Notes: generated by a model from the letters alone, not told the origin. DNA of 64,000 bases from Leidyana gryllorum EB-2025a (GCA_048772705.1 JBLWGC010000042.1:11515-75514); one strand, 5' to 3'. Shown: positions 11,497 through 24,087, numbered from the stretch's first letter. Program-made: numbers and translations.

Positions 11497-13121
11497 TCAT
11501 TGGTCGTATTGGGCATAGATTTCCCGCGTAACCTGCTCGATATAGCGTATGTCGGCAGCAGTGGCCAAGTGATGGACCGGCATGAAAATCAGTCGTCGAA
11601 ACTTCTCCTGGGCTATAGGTGCTCCCGGACTCTGTGGATCCGTCGGCTCTAGAATGCCCAACTGTGAGGTCGTCTGACTTGCCTCAATCCCGTTCTGAAG
11701 ATACAATCCCACCGTCAGTTCCCGTGTTAACTTCCTAGGAACGAATTGTGGACACAGCCAGATCGATGGGTGTGTACAATCCTCGCCTGGACTGGACACT
11801 TTGTACTCCCTAATACGCTTCAAATAGTCCTGAGAACGGGTGGTGTACAAACTTCCACAGAATAATCTTGTTGGGCCTTACCAGTGGTACACTTAACTGT
11901 TGTCTAAAACGAGCTGGATCGAAAGTTCGAGCCCGATACTCCATGGCACGCAGTAAAGCCACGCCTGGCCGTACTCGGAATCTACAAGTCCGTGACAGTA
12001 CAAATTGGGGCCACTCGCCGTACCTGTGGAGGAAGTTGCCTTTGTTCGGGAAACCCCTTAGTTTCTCTGTGACTATGGGACGGTAGTCGAATCCCAGACG
12101 AGCGATCCAGACGAGCAACCGTGCCACAAGGCGTGTTTGGAAAAGAAGGAATAGGAATGCGAAGAACAACTTCTGAGCAAAGGTCCCTAATGATTGTTGA
12201 GGATATCTACTCTGTATCGCCAGCATCTGGCTGTAAATATCGCGATCGCGAACCATGGCTACTGCTCCCGATATACTTGTCTGATACTTGATTTGCCCGA
12301 ATGAAAAGAGTGCCAGATCGACTTGTGGATGACCACTATGTTGGAAATCCGCGAAAGCCTCGGCAGCGTCTTCCACCAAATGCAACCTATTGGCGCGAGC
12401 AATGATGTGTGTGCAACCCCGTGTCTCCATCTACTCACTGGTTGACTCGACAAAAGTTCACCACCTCCTGCATGTCGTTACGCCGGCCGTAGATGTGAGC
12501 CGCCAATACGGCCACGGTCTGTGATTCGCAGTAGCGGCAGGACCGACTATTCTATCTCACTCACTCTGTCCGACAACTTGGCCTTGGCGTCTTCGAGATC
12601 AATACTGAGAGTGTTCCAGTTGACTTCGACTGGGATGACTCTCAAACCGTGGCCTCTGCAGTATCACATGCTGCTGGTCGCACTGGTGGTGTGTAACTCA
12701 CTCGAAAATCTTCTTCATATCTGGGATGTTTATAGCAGACATGAGTACTTCGCTTCCAGTTGGATAACATTTCACTTGGAGATAGAGGTCCAAAGCAGTG
12801 CGAGCGGAGACGGTGATCAGTGCTGATCTTCTATCACGTCCATCGTGTGGAGCCCACTTGGCACAAATCTAAGGGCAGTGTGGTATGCGAGAGCTGAGGA
12901 ATCAGTACCTCTTGCAAGGCGTGAGAGTGTGACTTTCCCCAGACACACGCTATCGCCATACACATCCAATCCCACCACGATCCCATCCATGCCAAAGCGT
13001 GGAGAGGGATTATTCGGAGGCTTCGACTCATTCTGATGCGATCAAAAGCTCGAACAAGGAGCATGAAGGCAAGAGGTAGTAGGTGCACAGCACAACTGAG
13101 AATTGCACCTTTTGTCGACAT
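11497..13121 (-). CDS. DegT/DnrJ/EryC1/StrS-family PLP-dependent aminotransferase-like protein with an N-terminal hydrophobic segment
   Basis: Spliced translation SARTALDLYL..GSEVLMSAINIPDM..HGLRVIPVEV..AHIYGR..LVEDAAEAF..LFSFGQIK (PLP lysine); about six short introns. Confidence 0.8.
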
Positions 13122-13138
13122 GTGCAACAGAATGATTC

Positions 13139-14079
13139 TCAATTGCCTCCTCGGCGGGAGTCAATTTTCAACAGTATAGTAGCATTCCCAGCAACATCCA
13201 AGCCGCGCTCCTTGGTCAACTGGAGTCTCTTGCCCGATATCTCACAGAGTGCCCCCACACCCTCTTCCTTTGCGAATAGCAGCCAACGCTTTGGTGCTTG
13301 ATTGGTGGTAGACTGCTCGGATGATGCGAGTTGACACCTACGATGCATACCTGAATATTGTACATTTCCATTGGAACCCCGAAAACGTCCCCTCTATTCA
13401 TTGAAACCCGACTAGGAGGCTTCTTGACTGGCCCATACAGACACGTCTGCGAGGTCCCTGGATGCGTCAGGAAGAAACACCCAGGCTCCGCGTTGACGGG
13501 GTCAGCAGAGCTCGCCGTCCTGCGGTTAAATGACACATAGACAAAGCCTGCAGACACAGTTGGTACTTACGCATAGTCATTCTCAGCCAATTGTACATCC
13601 GGAAGAATCTCGTAAACTGCTGACGGTGTTCTACGAGTACTGTTACGAATACTCTCCACCGTGATCTTAGCAGCCTCCTCGAAGCTTCGGGCCACCGCTT
13701 CCGTCATGGGAGCTGCGCCCTTCTCTGCAGGAGTCGATTTAGCTCGTTGTCCGCCACCAGCCGGATTTGTAACGGCCACACCCAATCGCTTCTTTGCTCC
13801 AGCTCCTTCCAAAGTCGTCTGACGGATAGCTGCAGCAGCTGAGCTCAACCCCAAACGAGTGAGAGAGACGAAAGGGCATGGGACCATTGACAAGAGACGA
13901 GATGGTAAATGCTCGTATGGGTTCGGCTCGTACTCATAGTCCAGTCGATTTGGATGCGCTAGCAGGAGGGCGGTCAGTGCTGCTTCAGCGTCCGTCTCGG
14001 GGTTCAAAAGGTCCTGAGCTGCAGTCGATGCAACCGTCCTCGACTCCGCCTCCTTCTGTTCCTCCTCCTGCCTCACCAT
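13139..14079 (-). CDS. Divergent Paf1-like protein (RNA polymerase II-associated factor)
   Basis: RSFEEAAK...TPSAVYEILPD and C-terminal WLLFAKEEG...EISGKRLQLTKER resemble conserved Paf1 blocks as I recall them; two introns join three ORF pieces. Confidence 0.45.
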
Positions 14080-14096
14080 ACCCTTTTTTTGACCAA

Positions 14097-15823
14097 ATGG
14101 CCCCTGACTTGCTGGCCCTTATTGAACGTCGGCTCTCCGCGGGCTGGCGTCCCGTCACTCCCGTACTGCAGCTCCTCGTTGGAACGCCTGGGTCCGGAAA
14201 ATCGCATTATTTGAGAACACTCCGTGTCAAAGGGCGCCCGAGACTGCCGAGTCAGAAGACTACCTGGTTATATACACACTGCAGTTCCCTCATACTCTGC
14301 CGTGCGCGGGCCAAACCTATATCCGCCTTTGAAGATTGGTTGCGCACCATTGAAAAAGAGCGACGGCGAGTGGAAAGTGACGAGAATGAGATTGTCTGTG
14401 CTATCTTTGATCAGTCAGAGGTGCTTCTGGACGCTGCACGCGTTGCCACAACTCCCACTGATCTCTCGTTGCAGGAGCTGGGCCAGATGATCCGTGCCTA
14501 TCTCAAAAGCTGGAGTGCGCAACGAGTGATCATAATCTGGGCATGTCAGTCTGACTCTCCTCAGAATGCTACAGAAAGCCTATTCGGCGTGCCACTGAGC
14601 CACGATCTGGTGTCAGAGGGATTATTACAGTCCCACACCATTCAATGCTCTCTGCAAACCCGCCTTGAGACCCTGAAAGCCTCTGCCGAAGCCCTCGATT
14701 TGCACAAGACGATTCTGCAAGAGAACCTGCTGACATGGCAACGGCGGATAGCATCCATGAACTTGTGGGAAGTGCAACGTGCGGTGCAGTTATTCTATCT
14801 AGAATCTCAAACACCAAGTCTTGGTGAAGATCAGCTGATAGCAGGCACACAGCACGTGTTGATGACCGCGCGCACCAGATTCGAGCTTCACATCCCTCCC
14901 TATAACTCCGGCAGAGAGAATACGGGCTCTCTGCAGCCGTTAGGACCCAAGCATTGCCCCATCACGGGATTGAAAGGTCTCGTGGGTCGAGATGACGAGG
15001 CCTCACAGCTCATGTCTCTCTTACGCGGGTCAGAAAGTCCACGACCGCTTGGAATTGAGATTATCGGACCAGGTAGGCATCTTGGCCCCAGAATTCACAC
15101 AGAATGACGTCAGGGGGATCGTACTTTGTGAGGTGCTGCCTTCAAGAAATGCGGAGGCCCTTCATTGTCCTCACTGCAGCGGATATATTCAAGTCGTTGG
15201 TTGGGGCAACCGGGCGAATATTAGCCGATCTCACTTCGCTGCTCGCCAGATCACCAGACTGTGTCTTGATTTTCGAGCAGATGGACCGGTGGGTGGAATC
15301 GGCTCATCCCGTCGACTTGAAAGCCTTCACCAACATGTTCTCTGACCTGGAGTGGGAGCTTCGGCAAAGTAGTCATGTGACCCCCGGTATTATTGGGTTG
15401 AGTAGCCGCGAAGGAGGAGTGGGAGAGCCTGCGCTCCGGCGGGCCTTCCCTCACCGCATCGTCCTCAAGCCAATGAGCCGACTTTTCTTACAGCAGCGAG
15501 ACTTGCTGCAGCAGTATATTGACCTCTACTGTCGGGGCAGACTGGTCCAAAACGAGCATCTCGACAGCCAGAAATTGGACATCAAGGCGCCTCCGTGTCC
15601 AAACTCGTTTCTTAGTCCGGTGATCCAATCGGTGGTGGGTCCGAAGGGGAAAGTAGACGATCACTATGACCAGACGGGAAAGCTGCGAGAGGACAGTCCT
15701 GTCAGGGGATACATTGAGAACGATCTGTGGTTGAGGAATTGGGCAACGAGCTTAGAGCCTGCGGCTATTGTACGGAAGATTCAAATAGTTTGCCTGGACA
15801 GTCTGACAATTTTTGGAGAGTGA
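14097..15823 (+). CDS. Tandem AAA+ (CDC48/AFG2/PEX-like) protein with degenerate motifs
   Basis: D1 Walker A GTPGSGKS with Walker B AIFDQ. D2 has LVGRDDE..PLGIEIIGP, AADIFKSLVGATGRIL and LIFEQMD. One intron near 15074-15113. Confidence 0.6.
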
Positions 15824-15847
15824 TACAAAGGAGGTCGGTCGGTGGCA

Positions 15848-16592
15848 ATGAGTGAGCAGCATACCCAGAGAGCAGCTCAACATCACTATGTGATCCCCCA
15901 ACAGGTGAACTTATCCCGCTGACTGGTTGGGGGCAAGCCTTTGCCAGTGTGCATCCTAATTATTGGGGTGGTCTTGGCATCACCATCGCCATCACACTCT
16001 CCGTCATTGGGGCTGCTTGGTAAGAAGGGACCCTTGCACGCAAGCCAATGTCACCATCCATCCTGCAGGGGTATCTTCCTGACGGGCACCTCTCTCGTCG
16101 GTGCTGGGGTCCGATGTCCACGTATTCGTTCTAAGAATCTAGTTTCCATCATTTTCTGCGAAGCTGTTGCCATCTATGGAGTCATCATGGCAATTCTGAT
16201 GAATGGCAAGAATCACGCGGTACCTGATATGAGGCCCCATGGACAGCTGACTGGCAATGAAGCCGATGCAGTTGTCATGGGATGGGCTTTGTTTTGCACA
16301 GGCATCACCGTTGGTGTGAGCAATCTGGTCTGCGGGTAAGTCCGAATACTGGTGATACTACTAATTGTTGCTCAGAGTGTCTGTCGGCGTTGCTGGCAGT
16401 GGTTGCGCTCTCGGAGACGCCCAGCGACCGGAATTATTCGTTAAGATGCTCGTTGTCGAGATCTTTGCGTCTGCTTTGGGTAAGGATCCCTATGAAGGCG
16501 ACGCACGCACACACACTATTCCTGTACCTGCAGGGCTGTTCGGGATCATTGTTGGTATTGTCCAGTCTGGTGGCCAAATGCCCCATTTCTGA
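15848..16592 (+). CDS. VMA16: V-type ATPase proteolipid subunit c'' (21 kDa)
   Basis: [55 protein letters not shown]; four short introns. Confidence 0.95.
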
Positions 16593-16749
16593 TCGCAAAA
16601 GAGATAGATGTTGAGCGGAGAACGGACTGTAGACTGGCTTTGATTGCGCTTCATCATCTGTTGGAGCTTGACACCAGCGGAACGTGTCGCATAGTAAGCA
16701 AATAGACTATCAGTGTACCGTAAGTACATGTACGAATTCAAAAATGACA

Positions 16750-19077
16750 TTAAGCGTACATCTCAGTGAGCTCTCTGCTGAACCGCTGTTTAGCAACATG
16801 TCTTCGCAGCTTCAGAGTGGGAGTCAGCAGCTCGTTCTCGACTGAGAAGGGGTCCGAGATCATGACAAACTTCTTCACTTTCTCGAAGCCTTTGAGTCCT
16901 ACCTCACTGGCTGATTCTTCCATGGCCACACGGACAGCCTCGTTGAACTCAGAGTCTTGACAGAGCTCAGCCAGCGAGCTGAATGGCCGGTCAGCCGAGT
17001 TTGCCCACCGTGCCGCCATTTCTTCATCTGGTACCACAATGCCCACCAGGAAGGGCTTAGTTGACTCGCCGTGGACAAATATTTGACCCACTAGCGGAGT
17101 TCGTGTGTAGACAGCTTCCACCCGCTCTGGTGCCACATACTCTCCTTGACTGAGTTTAAAGATGTTCTTTCGGCGATCAATGATTTTGATGCAGTTGCCG
17201 GGCAGGAGTACAGCGACGTCGCCGCTGTTCAACCAGCCGGTCTCGTCGATAGCTTCTTTCGTGGCTTCGGGATTCATCAGATATCCCGGAGTGACCGAGT
17301 ACCCACGTACCAACAACTCACCACACACTTCGTCACCATCCACACTGTAATTCATCTCCGGTATCGATCTTAGACAGAATTCTGAGAGAAGGGTGTAGGA
17401 GACACAGACTCGGAGGCACACCACTCACCCAAACAAGGTTGTACTCCGCCAATGTGACCGGCTACGCGTTCCCCGGGATTACAAATAAATGATGCGCCCA
17501 TTTCCGTCATGCCAAAACCCTGCGAGGAAGCGACTGCCGGCGGTTTCGGCTGTAGAAACTTACGTGCATGAGGGGGCAGCAGAACAGCACAGACATCCTT
17601 TCTTGAACGATTGGTTCCAGGGGAGCCCCTCCAACTAACATGTACTTGACATTTCCCCCCATCAATTTGCGGGTTTTACTGAAGACAAGGGGATCCCATA
17701 TGGGATGAGTATAAATCCCCTTCTCTCGCAGGTTTTTGAGCTTTGCGTTCATTGCAGAGTTGAAGAGAAATTGCGCGACCGGGGCCTTGTCCTGGATCCC
17801 AGCCATAACTTTATCATTGATACGACTATACAATCGCGGCACCGACAAGAAGACTGTTGGTCGGATCACTTTCATGTCGTCCAATAGCTTTTGTGTATCT
17901 CCAGAATAACAGGCAATCTTCACACCCTATGTTTGCACGCGATTTGATTTGCCGTCTCCAGCTGGGTGTGTAAGTGAGTGAGTGCTTACCAGAGCGATAC
18001 AATTGGAGCAGATTAACCTCTCAAAAACGTGCGCTAACGGCAGATAGGATATATGCAAATCCGTCTGAGTGAAAAGTTAGTCGCTCAATGGACCGAATAG
18101 TCGCGCCGCCTCCTCACCTCTCCGGCTCGGAAACCAGGATGATTCATAATGCAACGCTGGTGTGCTGCAACTATTGCAGCAAAGTTTCGAGCTGTAGTGA
18201 TAACTCCTTTAGGGAGTCCAGTAGTACCAGATGTGTAACACAGAGTACCAACGTCTTCCGCGGTTTGAGGAGTGAGGACTATGTCGGTATTTTGACGGCC
18301 CTCGTTGACGAGCTCTTTCCAGAAGATGAGATCGATACCCGCAGACTTTGCTAATTCCTTTATCTCGTCGGCCGGACGGTCGAACAACAGCAGATGAGTC
18401 AACGCGGGCTTGTAGTCGTTGTCAAAGTGCCCTTCCTTGAGACGCACCAGAAGCTTGCAGATGATCATGGCCGACTCTACCGACGCCGCAATAGCTGACA
18501 TCTGCGTCTGTTCCAAAATTGAGAGCATCGCCTCATCCCCCAGCGAATCGTACATAGGAACCAAAGTGACACTGTCGGCGCAGGTGGCCTGCTCCGTGAT
18601 GAACCACTCATGACGATTCTTGCTGATCACCCCCAAAAATCTCATACGACGACCGGGCGCGTATGCCTCGTCGGGATACTCAGTGGCCTTTAAGAAGCCA
18701 CGGTGCCGAATACCTCGAGCAAGAGAAACCGCCAGCTCCTCAATCTCACCGTAGGTCGCCCATCGACACTGTCCAGGCGGGCCTATCTCGGTCTCTTGCT
18801 TTTCCGGGTTCCAAAGGCGGGAACCCAAGAAGGTGGCGTCACGAGCACCCGGTTGGGCTAAACGGTATTGGAAGATATCCCAGCTATCAATAAAAGCTCT
18901 TTCACCATGCAATACGACCAGCCACACTCACGGCGAATCCCATTTTACCCCTGGCAAGGTATACACCAAGCCCGAAGGAAAGACGGCTGACTTGAACACA
19001 GGTGTTGCGTCCGGGTACGGAGGAGGGTCGGTTGGCACTGCATAGGTGATGTAATCAGCTGACAAACCGTTTCCCAT
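16750..19077 (-). CDS. Long-chain fatty acyl-CoA synthetase, predicted N-myristoylated (MGNGLS)
   Basis: YTSGTTGLPKG, YLPLAHVFE, GWLNSGD and IIDRRKNIFKLSQGEYVAPE motifs; several short introns. Confidence 0.95.
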
Positions 19078-19098
19078 GCTTTCAGAGCTAAATTCTTT

Positions 19099-21460
19099 TT
19101 ATCCACCAAAACACACCTGGGCTTGAAGCCCAGCACAGCCAATCTCCCCTCCCCTCCTGACACCTTCCTGTAGCTGCACAGTCTCTGTGCCCCCACTTCC
19201 ACGTGCACTCCAGTTCACTCGTTGTCTGAGTGTGAAGGGTATCTTATCAAAAATGCACTCAGCACCAGCTCACCTCTTCGTCATGAGAGAGCTCGCCAAA
19301 TCCAGAAAGGCTTGATCCACGTTTTCGGCAGTCTGATTTCACCCTCAAACAAAAGGCTCCGGTCACAGGCGTGTCTCACCTTGGCCGATGTGGCGGTGAA
19401 AGCTCCACCCAATTTACTCGCCAACTTCATCGCTTCTTCATTAGTCACGGCCGACACTCCCAAATCGCTCTTATTTCCGAGCAGCACCAAACCGTGTGTC
19501 TTCATATTGAAATCATGGTGACCTTTGATCTGATGCCACCAAATGTTTGCGGGGAGAGAGAGAGACTTCCACTACTCACCGTCTCCACCCAATCCAAAAC
19601 GTGGTCAAAAGAACTTCTTCGACTTTGATCAAAGACGATCACGAACCCATCGGCGTCTCGAAAGTAGTTTCCGCTCAGACCCGCGAACCGTTCCTGACCC
19701 GCTGTATCCCACTGTAGGAATGAAATTCAGAGATACTGTGTAGAGAAGAGGAAGAATTCCCGGCATCACTCACCAGCTGCAGCGTACAAAGTTTGCCCCC
19801 GACAAGCGTCACCAGTGTACTGCAATCGGTGCCAATCGTGGCTGTGTGCATGTCATGGTATGTGTCGGTGACAAATCTCAGCAGCAAACAGGATTTCCCA
19901 ACCGCTGTATCGCCAACCATAATGATCTTGAACTTGTGCTGGCTACTTTGCGGCTCGCTGGTGGATAAGATCGATCATGTCATTCCCCAAACCTTCCCCG
20001 CCTACCCTCGCAGTTCAAGCACCGTACAGCACAACAGCTTCCGAGTGAGTTTCGCTTCCTGATCCAACAGCAACCGATGGATCTTGTCGGTCTTTGTCGC
20101 CAGATCCTCCAGTGTCGCCTGAGTCACTTTGCCCCGTCCATCAGACAGCCGGTTGCCACCCCAAACCAGCAATTTGTCCATGAGCTGCGTGGCCGCGTGC
20201 CCCTTGAATCCCAGTATTCCATCACTCAGCGGTCTACACCACTTCTCCTTGCTCAAATCGAATACATATGTACTGACATTGTGATCACAGCTCTGCCCGC
20301 CGTACACGAACAGCCATCTCGGACGCATCATAATCGTGGAATGAAAGATGCGAGATGAGGGTGGGCAAGATCGTGATCCCACGCGACGCCATTGACCCTC
20401 AATTTCGTCCTCAGATACGACAACGCTCAACTTGTATATGGAGCACTCTTCCTCCAAGTTGCCTCTGTCAGGATTGGGTCACACGCAACTGAACGAACTT
20501 CTGACTTTGCATCTCGCACTTACCCTATCAAATAAGCCGCCTCGTCGTGGGAGCTCCATGTGAGGGTGTGCCCTACGCTGCAACCCGCATTCGAAACACT
20601 ATACCAATTTCTCCGTCTCACCGCTTCCCAGGCTTCTGCCCAACCTGCTTGACCTCCACCCACTCCTTGGACTCAACTTTCAAACAGTACAAACTTGTGA
20701 GAATCTACAGTCCAATATTGCACGAGAGGGACTTGGAACCCTCTCACCTCTTCACCATTCGACCCTCCGTGTATCAGCAGCAGATCCTCTTTGTCCGCGC
20801 CCCCCGGACCCGCCGGAACTAAACAGTCAGCGTGAAACATTCTGGGAGGTGGCGAGGCTCCTTCGTACTGTAACTCTTCCCAAGACGAATTCTCCACCTG
20901 AACAGTGCTTCAAAACTGAGGCGATCTCAGACTGATCCCTCTTACATCCATCACATAACTGGAATTCGACAACTGATAGCCTTCAGACGGAGGGGGACCT
21001 TGGAGGCCGATCATCGTCGTGCCGCCGCTAGGCACCGCATCGGTTCCAGGAAGTGGTTGTGCCCCTCCGACCACAATCAGTTGGTCTCCAACCCGAGTGA
21101 GAGAGTGTCCGAAGATGGGACTCAGAGCATTCCTCCCAAGCGGTGCTTTCTTCTCGGTCCATTGGGTACGCTCTGATCCCGAGTGGAGGGCCAAGTTAAA
21201 CCGCAACGCAGCAGCTCTCACCGATTTCCAACAAGTGGATGCCGCCGTAAGTATTTGTATCCGTAAATCCGCCAGCTAACATACATTTCGGGCCCATCAT
21301 GACCATCTGGACCGTCACATCGTACAGACTGACAAATCGTTAGCTTCTTTACCTTCCCTCCCACTCGGGGCGCGGGGAGATCCCCCATTTGCTTCAACTC
21401 GCACACTGATAAGACCAAGTTACGGGCCTCTAACACATCATCGCTCTTAGCGGAAGTCAT
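19099..21460 (-). CDS. Kelch-repeat (six blades) + Rab GTPase fusion protein
   Basis: Six kelch GG repeats are joined by in-phase intron 19958-20005 to KFKIIMVGDTAVGKS..WDTAGQERF..GNKSD..TSAK; about 11 introns; ends QVCFGG. Confidence 0.75.
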
Positions 21461-21617
21461 CTTGAGGTAAAATAAGGGGTTAGCCTAGGTGCTGGAGGTG
21501 GAGAGTTGGTTCAATTCGCTCAGGCATACAAAAACAGGCACCAGCTTGCGATTTTTATCCCTTGAACATTTAACATTGAGGCCAGTAGCGGCCGACATTG
21601 ACGAAGCTCTTTTCACT

Positions 21618-22187
21618 TCACATTTCTCCCTTGCGGACCGGACGAACACGGATGTTGTTGAACGGCAGCTGAGGTCCTTGTTTGCTCGGAAGACGTCCAA
21701 CACGGACAAACTGGCTAGGAGAGGGACCAGCCACCACCGCGACCGGATTCCAGACATTTGTTCCGATGCGAGAAGCCTTGGAAGGAAGGATAGACGGCAC
21801 AGCGGAGGCCGCAGGAGGCAAGGCATGGATGATAGCTGGAGATTGGGGTGTCGGATCCATCGCAATGATGGTTGGGGGGATGTAAGGGCTCGGGGCCGGA
21901 ACATTGATCTGTTGGATAGTCGGGGGTGGGGGGGGAGGAATCATGACCTGCTCCACTATCGGAGCCGGTGCTTCCTTGCCCATCACCACGACTTGATGGT
22001 CAACTACGGGCACGAGATGAATGAAGTCCGGGCCCTTCTGCACTGGAGGCGGGAGAATGGGCATGGCCTGAGGGATGATGGGGACAGGTGCTCCCTTGGA
22101 AGGAGGAACAATCACTGTCTTCTTGTGCGGGCCGCCTACGACGGCTGCGATGGACACAGTCCCGAGGAAGAATCGCATCCAAGCCAT
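21618..22187 (-). CDS. Secreted Pro/Val/Ile-rich protein (possible cyst/oocyst wall or surface protein)
   Basis: Signal-peptide-like MAWMRFFLGTVSIAAVVG followed by a Pro-rich body with recurring KG motifs; intronless ORF. Confidence 0.6.
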   Translation of the reverse strand: MAWMRFFLGTVSIAAVVGGPHKKTVIVPPSKGAPVPIIPQAMPILPPPVQKGPDFIHLVPVVDHQVVVMGKEAPAPIVEQVMIPPPPPPTIQQINVPAPSPYIPPTIIAMDPTPQSPAIIHALPPAASAVPSILPSKASRIGTNVWNPVAVVAGPSPSQFVRVGRLPSKQGPQLPFNNIRVRPVRKGEM

Positions 22188-22275
22188 CTTGATTATGGAT
22201 GCACACGGGTGTGTGTGGGTGAGTGGTTGCGATCGATCGATGAGGTGCAGAGGGTCGGCTTAAATTCTACATATG

Positions 22276-23520
22276 TTATACATCATCAGATGCTGTCGGT
22301 CGAGTACAAAAACATGGGACTTCCTTATCAAACGCCCGATTGAGTTTGCCGAGGCGATTGATCCGCGGTAGCGCGTTAGCAAACACAAAGAATCCGAAGA
22401 AAGTAAGCAGGAGGCCGATCATGTTGAGAATGGTGAACATCTGCCAGCCCAAGAACAGTTCGATCAGCCACATCAGCGGTGCCCTGCAGGCATACAACAT
22501 GCCTTTGAGCAGACCGGTGCCAACCTTTGTGACAATCATGCCGGTCGCATTGAAAGTGGATGAGGCTCCGATGTACACAAACTGGCTAAGCATCAGAGTG
22601 GAGCTATGGAACATCATATACCAATTGTGGTTGAGGTTTTCAACGGCCAGAATGTGGACAATGGGTAAAGCTGCGAGGTTCCACATCATCCCCGTGACCC
22701 CGCAATAGCCGACAGCCCGCAAAGGAGGACAATAGCGGGCTTTGAGCATCCATTCTTCTGATATGATGGTTCCTGCATTGAGAACTGTCCCGAGAAGGGT
22801 GAAGATGACGCCGAGATAGGACTTGGCCGGATCTGTGTTTGTTGAGGTTTCGGGGTGCAATATCGCATCAATACTGGACATGAGCATTCCGCCAGTCATG
22901 ATTGTAATTCCCGTCCACTCATATACTCTGAGCGGTTTCTTCATGATGAACAACGACATGGCGGCTGTGAACAGAACGAGGGAATTCCTGAGCATCTGTA
23001 CTGTGGAGGCGTATGTCATGGCAAAAGCAAAGTTGACCAAAGACGTTCCCAAGAGATCCATGAATGAGGGGGCCGCAAACCACCACCAGGGGACGGGTAA
23101 GCGATCAAGTGAGTGTGAATGAGCGGGGAACTCGAATGTACCTAACTTGTGTCTGGAGAGTCGTTTTCGAAGCATGTCGAGGCCGTGAATGCCCAGACAC
23201 AGGGCTTCTGCCGCGAACATGACAAGGGTTTGCCAATAGGGCTGTTCATAGAATACAGGTGCACAGTCTGTGCAAGGGGGGAGGTGGTGACGATTCTGCC
23301 ACTTGGAGACAAAAATGGTACCCAGTCCGGTTCCCAGACATATTACTGAGCAAACTGGGAGGACCCACTTAGGTATTTGGCGAGGATGCCATGAGTCTTC
23401 GCGGCGGAGGCATTGCGCAGGCGGAGTCAAGCCGGCGACAGTTGACACATCCACAACACTGTCTTCATTCTGAAGCTTTTTCGTGCAGCCAAGCGGCAGG
23501 GTGGTTGTAGCTTCGCTCAT
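22276..23520 (-). CDS. DMT-superfamily / SLC35F6-like nucleotide-sugar transporter
   Basis: About 10 TM segments; QPYWQTLVMFAAEALCL and APSFMDLLGT..TYASTVQMLR motifs. Confidence 0.85.
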   Translation of the reverse strand: MSEATTTLPLGCTKKLQNEDSVVDVSTVAGLTPPAQCLRREDSWHPRQIPKWVLPVCSVICLGTGLGTIFVSKWQNRHHLPPCTDCAPVFYEQPYWQTLVMFAAEALCLGIHGLDMLRKRLSRHKLGTFEFPAHSHSLDRLPVPWWWFAAPSFMDLLGTSLVNFAFAMTYASTVQMLRNSLVLFTAAMSLFIMKKPLRVYEWTGITIMTGGMLMSSIDAILHPETSTNTDPAKSYLGVIFTLLGTVLNAGTIISEEWMLKARYCPPLRAVGYCGVTGMMWNLAALPIVHILAVENLNHNWYMMFHSSTLMLSQFVYIGASSTFNATGMIVTKVGTGLLKGMLYACRAPLMWLIELFLGWQMFTILNMIGLLLTFFGFFVFANALPRINRLGKLNRAFDKEVPCFCTRPTASDDV

Positions 23521-23554
23521 ATAATTCTGTGTTCTGTCAGTCAACAAACAAAGT

Positions 23555-24087
23555 ATGATATTGGCTGCCGGTTTCCTAATCGTTGCGGGTGACGGCACAG
23601 AATCGCCCAAGTGGTTGATGCTGCAAGCACACAATCACAAGACTTGGCTGCCTCCGAAAGGTTGGTTTGCAACACCAGCAGTGCCCACATGTGCTTTGTG
23701 GTGACAGGCCTCCTGGAGCCTGGCGAAGAAATGCTGGAGGGAGCGCTCCGAGAGCTCGAAGAGGAGACCGGCTTCAATGTAGACCAGTTCGAAACTCGGT
23801 TCGACTTGAATTACGTAAGTCCCAATGCACGGGAGTTGAGCGAGTGAGGCCTTAACAAACAAATCCAGTGTACCCGCTACAAGGCGTGGGGTGAAGAGAA
23901 GAAGACATCGTATTTCGTGTTGAAGGTGAAGGGGAACGAGTTGCCGGTACCGCGTCTGTCTGAAGAGCACATAGCTTATAGATGGGTAACCGTGAACGAG
24001 TACCGATCCCAGCTTGAGCCTCGGCTAGTCGAGATGCACAGAATTCTGGAGAGGGCAGAAGAGGCGTTGCGACTTGCTGTCTCTTGA
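23555..24087 (+). CDS. Nudix hydrolase, asymmetrical Ap4A hydrolase (NUDT2-like)
   Basis: AAGFLIV..WLPPKGLLEPGEEMLEGALRELEEETG (Nudix box) and LSEEHIAYRW; two introns. Confidence 0.88.
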
